The notes: generated from the letters alone by a model not told the origin. 64,000 nucleotides of DNA from Candidatus Wolfebacteria bacterium GW2011_GWB1_47_1 (GCA_001029635.1 CP011209.1:350866-414865), one strand, 5' to 3'. Shown: positions 30,601 through 40,037, counted from the stretch's first letter. Made by a program: numbers and translations.

Positions 30601-31119
30601 AACGAACAGAATGAGGAATCTGTAAAATCGATTATTATGGCGATGGGTATTGCTATCATCTTGATTATTTCTACGCTCATTATTCAATTTAACTCGTTCA
30701 GAAAGGCGTTTATCGTATTGATGACGTTGCCGCTTGCGTTGATTGGCGTATTCCTTGGGATGGCCTTAACGGGAATCCCGCTGAGCTTCCCAGGCCTTAT
30801 TGGTGTATTGGCGCTCTTTGGTATTGTGGTAAAAAACGCGATCATCCTGATTGATAAGATGAATCTCAATATCAAGTTTGGGATTCCGTTCGAAGAGGCT
30901 GTTATCGATGCGGGTAAATCACGATTGGAGGCCATCTTCATCACGTCTGTTGCTACGATCGCAGGCATCATCCCAATAACGCTTTCTAATGAAATGTGGA
31001 AGGCGTTGGGAACGGCTATGATTTTTGGGTTGGCGCTATCGTCATTCTTGACCCTGTTTATTATTCCTGTGCTATTTGCCATGTTGGTAAAGCCTACGGC
31101 GAATAAGACGTCGAAGTAG
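27694..31119 (+). CDS. RND efflux permease (AcrB/SwrC family)
   Basis: YPGA.PSDIEELVT, ALGLLVDDAIVV, GIVVKNAIILID, R..AIFITS. Confidence 0.92.
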   Translation: MEELQQSKQEESSDSRYLARLSFRPELKKTWLNFFVSNVRVVTLLIVVLTTWGGYAYAKLPKESNPEVKIPIAVVSTIYPGAGPSDIEELVTKKIETAVGGLKGVHKITSNSSNSVSSVTVEFDANEDLDDAIRRLRDKITTVKKDLPQEVNDPAVIEISMDDQPIWSIALTGPGDGFALRKYAETIGDELEKIPGVREVTISGGDEREFEVAYDPQKMMSYGITLDGANAAIAATNRAVPGGNFEGSKFVYAIRTESRFYDEIRLANIPVGHADNGSVIVLKDIATVREQAIKKNVYSRFSIKGSVSQSAVSISVVKRTGGSVIDIVDTARVETDRLIKTFPTGVAYDVTSDMGKQIKTDFDQLTHDFLLTLILVMGILFLIVGLKEAFVAGIAIPLVFFATFGVMLVAGLTLNFLSVFSLLLALGLLVDDAIVVVSATKQYLKTGKFTPEEAVLLVLNDFKVVLTTTTLTTVWAFAPLLFSTGIMGQYLKSIPITVSVTLITSLFIALMINHPLAAVLERIRMTKKFFFLIEATLLLAGGLLIYIGGIEGYLFAVLALFVAGWMVVWYEKGGDVRLIANKELADREWTDDALIKKKLGEQGTHTDADLAERLIHGIIKFDRVIPIYERYLRIVLATKQSRRKLLAGVFGIFVFAIALPMVGVVKTEFFPASDYETMFITIEAPIGLKLDETDRIVRTVEERLMTYSEIGNFSTIVGRQGASMQSGGSAGNASTHLAGITITLVDAKQRDKTSYALADVMRSDLASIAEAKVVVEAVEGGPPSGAAFEARIKGDDLVELDRIAHDLEKLLVTIPGVIDSSVSLKQAAPEYTFVLDPIKLEQANLNAAYVGSVLRTAVSGATVTTVIRENKEIDVVARFDEQSIPTIEALQNMQVINQRKQAVFLKDVATIELKPSLDTITRIDQKRTAVLSAGVSATTIPNTVVAEFQKRIAQEYELPAGYTIMYGGENEQNEESVKSIIMAMGIAIILIISTLIIQFNSFRKAFIVLMTLPLALIGVFLGMALTGIPLSFPGLIGVLALFGIVVKNAIILIDKMNLNIKFGIPFEEAVIDAGKSRLEAIFITSVATIAGIIPITLSNEMWKALGTAMIFGLALSSFLTLFIIPVLFAMLVKPTANKTSK

Positions 31120-31127
31120 ATATACAT

Positions 31128-31163
31128 AAAAAACCGATCAGTCAATTGACTGATCGGTTTTTT
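31128..31163. terminator. Bidirectional terminator (perfect palindrome)
   Basis: AAAAAACCGATCAGTCAA|TTGACTGATCGGTTTTTT between convergent genes. Confidence 0.75.
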
Positions 31164-31197
31164 ATTAAGATGACATTGAATGTCGATCTGATGTAGC

Positions 31198-31554
31198 TTA
31201 GTAGCTGCTGCGATATCCACCGCCGAAGCCTCCGCGTCCACCACGATCTCCACCACGTCCTCCGCCGAAGCCTCCGCTTCCGCCTTCACGGCGAGGAGCG
31301 CGCTCTTCCATCGGACGAGCAACGTTCACGGTCAAAGAACGACCTTCGTAGTCCTTTCCGTTAAACATGTCGATCGCTTTCTCTGCTTCTTCATCAGAAG
31401 CCATTTCCACGAAGCCGAATCCCTTCGAGCGGCCAGTCATCTTATCTGTGATGATCATAGCTGACTCTACGGAACCTGCCTGTGCAAACAATTCGCTCAA
31501 TGCGTCCTGGGTGGTTGCGTATGGCAATCCACCTACGTATAACTTTTTGCCCAT
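31198..31554 (-). CDS. RRM RNA-binding protein with a Gly-rich tail
   Basis: RNP2 LYVGGL, RNP1 KGFGFVEM, RGG tail. Confidence 0.93.
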   Translation of the reverse strand: MGKKLYVGGLPYATTQDALSELFAQAGSVESAMIITDKMTGRSKGFGFVEMASDEEAEKAIDMFNGKDYEGRSLTVNVARPMEERAPRREGGSGGFGGGRGGDRGGRGGFGGGYRSSY

Positions 31555-31790
31555 TTTGAGATAGTATTTTTTTAATTCTGTAAGTCGACCCTTCTCATAG
31601 GCCTCGAGAGCGCATAAAACAAAAACGTTTTACCTTCATATATCCACATCCGCTACAGCAGTTCGGGATTGGAAGCAAACTGAGAAAACTTACTTTTCCT
31701 AGTATACAGCATCACTTTTGAAAGCACAATAGCCATGCCATATCCTCCCGTTTCTTGCAAATTGACAGAAATATCGTATGCTCAAGAGAT

Positions 31791-32513
31791 ATGGAAGAAA
31801 TGGAATACCCAATTCGCATCAACCGTTACCTTGCGGTAAAACAGTATGCCAGTCGGCGGGAAGCCGACCGGCTTATTGAGGACGGGCAAGTACGCATTAA
31901 TGGCAAGGTTGCTTCTCTTGGTGATAAGGTGCAAAAAGGCGATTCTGTTGAAGTTGGCGCCGGTGCAAAGGCGCTTGCTAAAAAGCGCGTCTATCTCGCA
32001 TTTTGCAAGCCAGAGGGCGTTGTGACGCATAGTCCTGAGCGTGGACAGAAGAGCATTGCCGATATACTTGATTATGAGGGGCGCATGTTCCCGATCGGTC
32101 GATTAGACATGGATTCTCGCGGATTGATTATCTTGACGAACGATGGGCGCATCACTGATAAGTTGCTCAACCCCGAGGGAGCGCACGAGAAGGAATATCT
32201 TGTGCGTGTGGATAAGCCGGTCAATCCGGAATTTATCGCATCGATGGCTAAAGGGGTATTGCTTGATGATGGATACAAGACAAGAAAGTGCGTTGTCGAA
32301 TCGACCGGATCGAAGCAATTTCGCATTACCTTAACCGAGGGAAAGAAGCGACAGATCCGTCGTATGTGTGAGGCACTCGGCTATGCGGTGACCGACCTAT
32401 TGCGCATTCGTATCATGAATATTCGTTTGCGTGAGCTGCGCGCGGGGGAATATCGCCAATTGGTTGGCGCAGAGCTACAGACGTTTCTAAAGAGTATCGG
32501 CATCAATCAATGA
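31791..32513 (+). CDS. rRNA pseudouridine synthase (RsuA/RluB/RluF family)
   Basis: S4 domain SRREAD, GRLDMDSRGL, EGKKRQIRRM. Confidence 0.92.
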   Translation: MEEMEYPIRINRYLAVKQYASRREADRLIEDGQVRINGKVASLGDKVQKGDSVEVGAGAKALAKKRVYLAFCKPEGVVTHSPERGQKSIADILDYEGRMFPIGRLDMDSRGLIILTNDGRITDKLLNPEGAHEKEYLVRVDKPVNPEFIASMAKGVLLDDGYKTRKCVVESTGSKQFRITLTEGKKRQIRRMCEALGYAVTDLLRIRIMNIRLRELRAGEYRQLVGAELQTFLKSIGINQ

Positions 32514-32550
32514 CAAAAAAATCAATCGCAATCGATTGATTTTTTTGTCA
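32511..32550. terminator. Bidirectional terminator
   Basis: TGACAAAAAAATCAATCG-caat-CGATTGATTTTTTTGTCA. Confidence 0.7.
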
Positions 32551-32553
32551 TAC

Positions 32554-33297
32554 CTATACTTCTTCGTTTGTCTGTTCGCAGATGATGTATTTATCGTGAT
32601 AGCGAAGCATGACAACGTTCACGATGATAAATGAAAGCAGTACAACAGGGCCGGTTATGACCAGCAGAATGAGCATCCATGGATCAATACTGAGCGCAAG
32701 TAATCCAAGGATACTTACTGTGATGCCGGTTGAAAGGAGAAGGCTGAATATGATCGCCGACTGTAGAGGACTCTTTGCTTTGGTCACGCATTTATAGGCG
32801 AGATAGGTATGCGGCATGATCACACAGAGTAAGCTTACGAGAATAAATAGCGTAATAAAGAATGGGAATGACGTCATTGCTCGGCTGATCAGATCTGTGA
32901 ATGGCATATATTCTATGAACCTATGCCATTCGGGGTGCTGTGAGGCAAAGTAGAATTCAATTTTGGTATAGAAGTATGTTATTGCCGGGAAAATAAAGAG
33001 TAATCCGCCAAGCAGGATGAATTCATACGCAAGAACCAAGCGCTGCCCCTCGATCGTTTTCTCTCCAACTCGCTCCGGGATACATGTGAAGATATTCCGT
33101 ACTTTTTTTATATTAAAGGCGGTGAACAGGGCGATCGAAGAGAGATAGACCCATGAGCCATTAAACGCAATTGCGTCGATCGCGATTGGGAATACGGGCG
33201 TCGGAGACAGTTCCCGGATTAGTATGGCAATGCTATGCACAATCGCGGCAATGAGAATACCGAAGATTATCGGTTTTTTGTAAATTTTTTCTTGCAT
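32554..33297 (-). CDS. Hypothetical membrane protein
   Basis: About 6 hydrophobic segments. Confidence 0.65.
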   Translation of the reverse strand: MQEKIYKKPIIFGILIAAIVHSIAILIRELSPTPVFPIAIDAIAFNGSWVYLSSIALFTAFNIKKVRNIFTCIPERVGEKTIEGQRLVLAYEFILLGGLLFIFPAITYFYTKIEFYFASQHPEWHRFIEYMPFTDLISRAMTSFPFFITLFILVSLLCVIMPHTYLAYKCVTKAKSPLQSAIIFSLLLSTGITVSILGLLALSIDPWMLILLVITGPVVLLSFIIVNVVMLRYHDKYIICEQTNEEV

Positions 33298-33306
33298 AAA
33301 TAACGG

Positions 33307-33828
33307 TTATTTCGCTGTGCTTGTAAATAATGCGATCGTTTTGGCAACTTCGTCATCGATACCATCGATACAATTATAGTTCTTGATCTCTTCTGCGTCC
33401 ACCCATACATGGTCAGTGAATGCGCCTTGCTCGAGCAGTACATTGCCGTTCTTGTATTTGGCTGCAAATTTCACTAGCACCACGGGAATTTCGTCGGGCC
33501 TGACAAATGAAACGCTGTTGATATATACGAGGTGTGGTTCTATTTCAATTCCCGCTTCTTCCTGCACTTCTCGGCGCAAGAGATCTTCGACGGAGTTTTC
33601 GAAGTCGATTACATCGCCGTTCATGCGAGTCGGATTCGTTATGTCCAGATCATTCCATTCCAGTTTTCCTCCCGGCACGGCATATTTGCCCGGGTGCACC
33701 TTCTCCCGTTCGTCTCGCTTAAGAATCAGACATCGGCCGTCGGATTCTCGAAAAACGACCACGTTTGCGACGAAGTAAAACAATTTATCCGTTTTTGCAT
33801 TTTCAATACTTATTTTTTTTGCGGGCAT
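33307..33828 (-). CDS. NUDIX hydrolase
   Basis: PGGKLE...(insertion)...LRREVQEEAGI Nudix box. Confidence 0.85.
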   Translation of the reverse strand: MPAKKISIENAKTDKLFYFVANVVVFRESDGRCLILKRDEREKVHPGKYAVPGGKLEWNDLDITNPTRMNGDVIDFENSVEDLLRREVQEEAGIEIEPHLVYINSVSFVRPDEIPVVLVKFAAKYKNGNVLLEQGAFTDHVWVDAEEIKNYNCIDGIDDEVAKTIALFTSTAK

Positions 33829-33950
33829 ATATCGGTAGTATATCATGTTTTACCGCGGCATAAAAAAAACGATCTCAGATAGGCTATATACTGGATCTTC
33901 CGGCAATGTATCATGTGTTTTGTGTCTGTGATACGTTTGTATACTATACT

Positions 33951-34992
33951 ATGTATAGTATAGAGACCGTGAAGCGTAAAAAAATAAACGATGCAGCGGT
34001 AATGTATACCGTTCCCGCGATCGGAGGGGTTGGGCCTAACGATGAATTGGTAATGGCGCTGACGGTTGATACGTCTACGACTGGGAGTAGTTGTATTCGA
34101 GGTTTAGTCCGGATCATAACAAAAAGGATCGGAAACGAAAATATGCCTGGATATATCGATACCAGTGAACTTTGTCACGTGGAAAGCAGGGATGGGCTTA
34201 CGTGGAGAAAAACTACTCCGCTGGTGATAAAAGGCATTGATATGATCGTGGAAAATATCGCCAACGATATTGGGGGTATTTTTTGGGGATTGGAAGATCA
34301 TTCTATTTGGATTGATGAGCGGGGGATCAAACATGTTTATTTTACAATCGCTTTTGGCCTTGGTAAAAAACAGGGTTATCGAGTATATCTGGGGCATGCT
34401 GAAGGGGAGACATTAGCTTCTTTGGTTGCAACTAACCCAGTACTGAGCCCCATTACGCGGGTAAATAAGGGATTCAAAGAGGTGGTTATTTCCCCCGTCG
34501 TTGTTGATGGGATTCGGATAAATCTCGCCGAATCAAATGATGGTGGGTATTCCGTAATCTCCGCTATTGGAACTGAGGAATATTATATGGGTGGAATTTT
34601 TTACGCATTGCCGCGCATCCAAAAAAAATCGGATACACCTGGTGTGCTGAGCACCTATCTCCTTCCTCACTATTGCCTCACCAGTTCCTTGAACATCATA
34701 GCCTGCTTGTCGGCATAGTAAACGGACGAGAGAAGACAAAAATTGTACACGGGGTGCGCATGTACCAAAAATTTAGGCCTGGATTATTTCTATTCAATCC
34801 TATGACCGGAGAAATTCCATGAGTTTCCCCGAGCCATTGTTCGAAGACTCGGCTGTCGAAACAATTACGTTTGCGAGCGATTTTGTGCAGACGAGTGATA
34901 CTAACGGAATACTATATGCGTATGTAAACGATTCATTTGTACGTGCCTATGAATTGAGTAAGAAAGGAATCATTGCGTGGCTTCCTGGTTGA
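33951..34992 (+). pseudogene. Disrupted beta-propeller glycosidase-like gene
   Basis: GLEDHSIW...HVYFT; protein-like reading continues after a frameshift near 34585, an in-frame TGA at 34820 and a second frameshift near 34828, ending ...ITFASDF...YAYVNDSFVRAY...WLPG*. Confidence 0.7.
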
Positions 34993-35047
34993 ATAGTGCC
35001 CTTCCTTGTAAAAAAATATCCCCAAATAATTAGGGGATAGTTTTTAT

Positions 35048-36943
35048 TTAGTCAAACGTCAGTGCATCCACGATCTCGTCAATATTTGCCGTTGCTACGC
35101 CGACGACTCTGTCCGCTCCGCCGTAGTAGATGAACAGTTTTTTGCCGATCACGGTACTTCCGCAGGGAAATACGACATTGGGGATGATCCCATTTTTTTC
35201 GTAGTCCGTTTCCGGGGCGAAGATATAGTCGGTCGTTCGTGCCAATACGATCATCGGGTTATGCAGATCGAGTAAGAGTGCCCCCACCCGATAGACGCCT
35301 TCGTCGGAAACGCCATGGTAAAGAAGCAGCCAACCCTTCCCTGTCTTGATCGGGACCGATGCGATGCCGACCTTACGCCCATCCCACATTCCCTTGCGCG
35401 GTCCGATGATCGGGGTGAAGGTGTCTATCCGATCCCCGTCGAATTCAAGCGACTTTATCGGATCAAGGCAGATGTGGTCGTGTGTCCTATGGAACACAAG
35501 ATAATTGTCCCCGATCTTTTCGGGGAAAAGACAGGAATCCTTATCATCGACATCTGCAGGCGTGATGATCGCCGGCCACGACCAATCCCAATTTTTTTTG
35601 AGAAAATTTTTAACCGAAATGCTTGTTGCCGCGACTGCCGGGGGGTGTACTCCGTCGTAGGCGGTGTAGAACATATAAAGCATGTCATCGATCTGCGTGA
35701 TGCGTGGGTCTTCGCATCCCGAGTTTCCCGGGTGCACTTTCTTTTCGAATGACTCACGAGGTACGTAAATTGGATGTTCGACCCGTTCCGTTATTGAGAG
35801 GCCGTCCTTGCTGTACGCGTATCCCAATACCGACGTGTCATCATCGCCCATTGCTCGATATACGATGTGCACCTTCCCGTCGATTGCGACGGCTGCAGGA
35901 TTGAATACTGCCTTGTTTTCCCATGGGTGATTGTCGAGTGGCTCAAGAATAGGGTTCTTTTTGTGCCGAGTTACAACCGGTTCCTTCCTCATGCTTTTAA
36001 GGAGCGCCTGCAGATTTACATCGGCTCGGCAACAGGTCGTATCCGTTGCCCCATAGTAGATGTATAATTCCTCTCCCTTGATGGTCGCGCCAGATGGGAA
36101 GATGACGTTCGGTATCTGTCCGAATTCTTCATATGTTTCTTCGGGGATAAGGAGTGGGCTGTCGGTGCGAGCGATAATCTTCTTGGGATCGTTGAGATCG
36201 AGCAGTAACGCCTCGATGCCGAAGATCTTATTGTCGCTGAAATAGTTTTGAATATGCGAATAGATCACCAGCCAACCCTCTTTCGTTTTAAGTGGTACTG
36301 CGCCTATCTCTACCTGATCATGTTCCGTTCTTCGGACGATCATACGGTGGGATTCTATTTCTGCGTGCCACTTGTCCCAATAGGCTGTTGACCAAATCTG
36401 TTCGATGGAGTCGAATTCTGCCAAGCATATCTTTACTGGAGGCATGTCGGTGTGCGCCGCCAATAGAGCGACATACTTGCCGTCGATTTTTTCAGGGAAG
36501 AGTGCCATTGCCTTCGCGTTGAACGGCGTTACCAAATGTCGTTCGTCAATCGTTTCGAAATCCTTTGTTACGGCGACGGCAATGCGGATGCCCTCCGCCC
36601 GGAAGGGGAACGTGCCGAGTGCCGTATAGAAGATATAATAGGTGTCTTCGATTTTGGTGACGCGCGGGTCTTCGCAACCATAGCGTTCCCATTCGTATTT
36701 TGGGGTAATTAGCGGCTTACGTGGCTCGTACCAGTGGCCATCCTTACTTACGCCATACCCGATAGTCGAAAGACTTAGTTCGTGTCCCTTGATATATTTC
36801 ATTTCTGACATTGCGCGATATACACAATGAAACTTCTCATCATCTTGGATGGGGCACCAGTTGAAGGCCGCAAACGATTCCCATGGATGGTCAATGGTTG
36901 GGCTGATAATTGGGTTGTAGAGTGAGCGTTTTACGACAAACAT
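35048..36943 (-). CDS. Tandem two-domain GH130-like beta-mannoside phosphorylase/glycosidase
   Basis: Two repeats of FN...YRA...GCEDPR...YTA...K...LFPEKI...PNV.FP.G...YYG. Confidence 0.85.
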   Translation of the reverse strand: MFVVKRSLYNPIISPTIDHPWESFAAFNWCPIQDDEKFHCVYRAMSEMKYIKGHELSLSTIGYGVSKDGHWYEPRKPLITPKYEWERYGCEDPRVTKIEDTYYIFYTALGTFPFRAEGIRIAVAVTKDFETIDERHLVTPFNAKAMALFPEKIDGKYVALLAAHTDMPPVKICLAEFDSIEQIWSTAYWDKWHAEIESHRMIVRRTEHDQVEIGAVPLKTKEGWLVIYSHIQNYFSDNKIFGIEALLLDLNDPKKIIARTDSPLLIPEETYEEFGQIPNVIFPSGATIKGEELYIYYGATDTTCCRADVNLQALLKSMRKEPVVTRHKKNPILEPLDNHPWENKAVFNPAAVAIDGKVHIVYRAMGDDDTSVLGYAYSKDGLSITERVEHPIYVPRESFEKKVHPGNSGCEDPRITQIDDMLYMFYTAYDGVHPPAVAATSISVKNFLKKNWDWSWPAIITPADVDDKDSCLFPEKIGDNYLVFHRTHDHICLDPIKSLEFDGDRIDTFTPIIGPRKGMWDGRKVGIASVPIKTGKGWLLLYHGVSDEGVYRVGALLLDLHNPMIVLARTTDYIFAPETDYEKNGIIPNVVFPCGSTVIGKKLFIYYGGADRVVGVATANIDEIVDALTFD

Positions 36944-37054
36944 AATGGGATAATTTAAAATTTGAAATTCGAAATTTTGAAATACGAAATCAGATCGTTT
37001 GACTTCACTTTGCTTCACTCACTGGATAGAACAAAAAATTTGTAGTGGGGGTGT

Positions 37055-38923
37055 TTATGCAAGTTTCGTTCTGGTGATGTGCGCTGTCCGCATGGGGAGT
37101 GTTTCTTCGGATACTCTATCCTGCTTTACCGTTTCGAGAAAGGTATCAAGCGGTGCAGTTGCTACGCAGGCAACACTGTCTGCTCCCCCGTAGTAAACGA
37201 AGAGCGTGCCATCTTTAATGATGCTGCCGCAGGCAAATATAACGCCACGCTTTGCACCTTCGTTCTCGTACCATTCATTCGGCTCCAGAATGGGAACGTC
37301 TGATCGGTGCAGTATTTTCGTCGGATCAGTTTCGTCCAGAAGCATTGCACCCAGCTTATATCGATCGGGGTCGCGCTTGTCCATGGCGTGATAGAGTACA
37401 AGCCAGCCGTCTTTTGTCCGTAATGGGGGAGTCGCGGCTCCGCGCATGAGGTTATCCCATCGAGTCCACTCGCCTTTGTTGGAAAACGGACTTTCAATCG
37501 CCATTTCCGCATCCATCGGGTCGTCAAAATAATCGATCCGTATTCGGGGATTGATTGCGTGCAGGAACGCGTATTTGCCGTTGATCTTTTCGGGGAACAT
37601 AACCCAGTTTTTTTGGATCTGTTCGGGTTTTGAAATGAGGATCGGTTCCGTCCAATCCCAGTTCTTTTGCAGGAAGTTCGCCTCGGTTATTGAGGTTAGC
37701 GCCATCCCTGGCGGATGATACCCATCGAATGCGGTGTAGGTCATGTAGAGCATATCGTCCACCTTTACCATGCGTGGATCTTCGCATCCGCTCCAGCTGC
37801 CACCCGACATATATGCATTGGTGTATGGCTCTTGTTTTGCCTCGATCTTCGTGTAATGTTCCTTCGCGATGTAGACCGGCTTTTCCGAACGGTCTTCAAA
37901 ATTGATGCCATCTTCGCTTGATGTATATCCTATATAGGAAAGCCCGTTGGAGCCGATTGCCCGATAGAGTAGATGCACCTTGTTATTGAGATACACGGCT
38001 GCAGGATTGAAGGTTGCTTCACATTCCCATTCCTTATGCGCGCGCGGTTCGATGATCGGATTGCTTGGGTGCCGTTCGAGCGCCGTTGCCAATTCCACCG
38101 ACTGCGGACTACAGAGGGATAGTGGGAGTATTGCCGAAATTACCCCGTTCTTTTGCGTGCGCCAATAGGTGTGCACCTGCCCATTGTAATAGATTGTGCC
38201 AAGCGACATCGCCGGGGCATCTCCCTTCGCGAGGGTCGTTTCCCAAATAGGGAATGCCGATCGCCACTTCGCCCGATAGGGTTGGTCGTACGCAAACAAT
38301 GCCGCGCCAATAAGAAGATGGGTTGCATCGTGTTCATAGTCTGTCGCGTCATAGACTGCGAGAATCCCTTCGTTGATCGTCGTCGCTCCGATGACCCGCA
38401 ATGCCGCGTGGTCGAATTCTCCGGTACGGCGTTCGATAAGCGGCCCGGTAATATGCCAATCTTGGAAGTCCTTTGTGACAGCGGCTCGAATTGATTCGTT
38501 TCCCGTATAGGCGACGAAGTGATCTTTGTACGCATGATCCGGAACGATGGCGATGGGTTCGTTCACAAACGGTGTCTTATGCACCACGTGAAATGTCGCA
38601 CCATCATCGGAAGAGGCGACTACGCGCTCCGTTTTGTTGCGCACGGCTCTGATGTAAGTAAGATACTGCGTTTTGCCGTCTGCCGTGATATGAAAATCTG
38701 ATGTATGCGTAAGTGGCTCATGTTTCCCTGTTACGCCAAGAATGATAACGTCGTTTGTGAATGAAAAATGCACGCCATCGGGGGCGGTGAAAAGGGATAA
38801 TTTCGATGTCGAGGTAAGCGGGAGAACGTACAGAAGTGCAGGAATATCACCAAGCATGGTGACGGCGACCGGGATCATTGTGTTATTGTCTGGTGCTGCT
38901 GCTTTTTTCATACGCATGTACAT
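37055..38923 (-). CDS. GH130-like protein with a degenerate N-terminal propeller and an intact C-terminal domain (start uncertain)
   Basis: C-half FNPAA, YRA, GCEDPR, YTAFDG, KNWVMFPEKI, YYGGAD. Confidence 0.82.
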   Translation of the reverse strand: MYMRMKKAAAPDNNTMIPVAVTMLGDIPALLYVLPLTSTSKLSLFTAPDGVHFSFTNDVIILGVTGKHEPLTHTSDFHITADGKTQYLTYIRAVRNKTERVVASSDDGATFHVVHKTPFVNEPIAIVPDHAYKDHFVAYTGNESIRAAVTKDFQDWHITGPLIERRTGEFDHAALRVIGATTINEGILAVYDATDYEHDATHLLIGAALFAYDQPYRAKWRSAFPIWETTLAKGDAPAMSLGTIYYNGQVHTYWRTQKNGVISAILPLSLCSPQSVELATALERHPSNPIIEPRAHKEWECEATFNPAAVYLNNKVHLLYRAIGSNGLSYIGYTSSEDGINFEDRSEKPVYIAKEHYTKIEAKQEPYTNAYMSGGSWSGCEDPRMVKVDDMLYMTYTAFDGYHPPGMALTSITEANFLQKNWDWTEPILISKPEQIQKNWVMFPEKINGKYAFLHAINPRIRIDYFDDPMDAEMAIESPFSNKGEWTRWDNLMRGAATPPLRTKDGWLVLYHAMDKRDPDRYKLGAMLLDETDPTKILHRSDVPILEPNEWYENEGAKRGVIFACGSIIKDGTLFVYYGGADSVACVATAPLDTFLETVKQDRVSEETLPMRTAHITRTKLA

Positions 38924-38937
38924 AGTGTCATTGCAGA

Positions 38938-39285
38938 TTATGCAGAAGCTCTTCCATAAGAGTCTTCTAAACGGACAATATCCGCTTCATCGAATGAACC
39001 AAATGCTAATTCGAGAATGCGGACATTCTGGTCGTTTGCCCGTATGCGATGATTGGTTTTTTTAGGAACGAAGAATTCATCACCTACCGATGCGATCACT
39101 TCGCTGTCACCGATGATGATGGTCGGGTTGCCATCCAGTATTCTCCAAAATTCTTCCCGGTCATTATGGTATTGCAGACTAAGCTGTTTACCGGCGTTGA
39201 TACTCACTAGTTTTACGGTACTCGGTTCGTTCAACGTGAAACGCCTAAATGAGCCCCATGGCCGCTGTTCATCTTGAATATTCAT
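38938..39285 (-). CDS. Phosphomannose isomerase type II C-terminal cupin
   Basis: RPWG, LSLQYH..REEFW, HRI, DIVRLEDSYGR. Confidence 0.88.
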   Translation of the reverse strand: MNIQDEQRPWGSFRRFTLNEPSTVKLVSINAGKQLSLQYHNDREEFWRILDGNPTIIIGDSEVIASVGDEFFVPKKTNHRIRANDQNVRILELAFGSFDEADIVRLEDSYGRASA

Positions 39286-39481
39286 AGATCGATAGAGGAA
39301 ACATTTTGTGCACACCTGTTGCATATAAGTATACCCCGTTAGGAACTTTATTCCAATGTGTATAACGTCATTAAAATTCTTTTAGCATCTTTCTCGGTTT
39401 TTTAGCGGGGCGCACTGCGCATATTGTAAAACTGTATTAGTAATATGGATAACCGCGCGGCAGTCGTGATATACTGTTTGC

Positions 39482-39700
39482 ATGAACATGCGAAAATTTA
39501 TCATCGGATTAATCGTTGGGATCTTTTGCGCGATGGGCATCTGGTATCTACTCACGACATCAGAGTCCGTACAGCCTGCGCTTGTTGAGACCGCAGCGAC
39601 CTCGTCCGCGACTCCGAAGGGGCCAGGTGCAACTTCCGGATATGGGCCAACAACGCCTCCGTCCGTGACGCCACCCACAACGCCTCCGCCTGCATACTGA
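39482..39700 (+). CDS. Small membrane-anchored Pro/Thr-rich protein
   Basis: N-terminal TM, GPTTPPSVTPPTTPPP tail; TATACT 6 nt upstream of the ATG. Confidence 0.65.
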   Translation: MNMRKFIIGLIVGIFCAMGIWYLLTTSESVQPALVETAATSSATPKGPGATSGYGPTTPPSVTPPTTPPPAY

Positions 39701-39704
39701 TAGA

Positions 39705-39743
39705 CAAAAAAATTCCCCCATGGATCATGAGGGAATTTTTTTG
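39705..39743. terminator. Bidirectional terminator
   Basis: ACAAAAAAATTCCC...GGGAATTTTTTTGT. Confidence 0.65.
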
Positions 39744-39997
39744 TCGAATGATTTGGTTAAGGTGATCTTGTTCTCGCGGCTTAGCTTCTTGATCTCGATC
39801 TCGCGTTTGAGTGCCGATCCTTTGTCGGCACATTGCTCGGAATAGCAAATCCGTTTTGCGCCCCGTGCATGTACGTACTTTGATCCTTTTCCCGCCGCAT
39901 GCTCCTTAAATCTACGTTCTACCTCGGTTGCAATGCCCGTATAGAGGGATCCATCGGCGCATTCGAGGATATAGACGAAGTAGGGGGTGGCGGTCAT
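39725..39997 (-). CDS. GIY-YIG nuclease (UPF0213/YhbQ-like)
   Basis: FVYILECADGSLYTGI, RRFKEH..GKG.KY, ALKRE..IK. Confidence 0.88.
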   Translation of the reverse strand: MTATPYFVYILECADGSLYTGIATEVERRFKEHAAGKGSKYVHARGAKRICYSEQCADKGSALKREIEIKKLSRENKITLTKSFDKKIPS

Positions 39998-40012
39998 GGA
40001 ACTATTGTAATA

Positions 40013-40037
40013 GATTCCCGCCTGCGCGGGAATGACA
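40013..40037. repeat. REP-like palindrome upstream of the GIY-YIG gene
   Basis: GATTCCCGCCTGCGCGGGAATGACA, one mismatch to 15594-15618. Confidence 0.75.

Noticed and set aside
34820-34822. TGA recoded as Gly/Trp (genetic code 25 or 4)
   Set aside because: Many conserved genes (iscS, parB, pilC, atpF, atpG, atpD) end at TGA at their expected lengths.
39228-39243. parS-like CGTTCAACGTGAAACG
   Set aside because: It has a core mismatch, lies inside the PMI coding sequence (encodes RFTLN) and is far from parAB; chance is sufficient.
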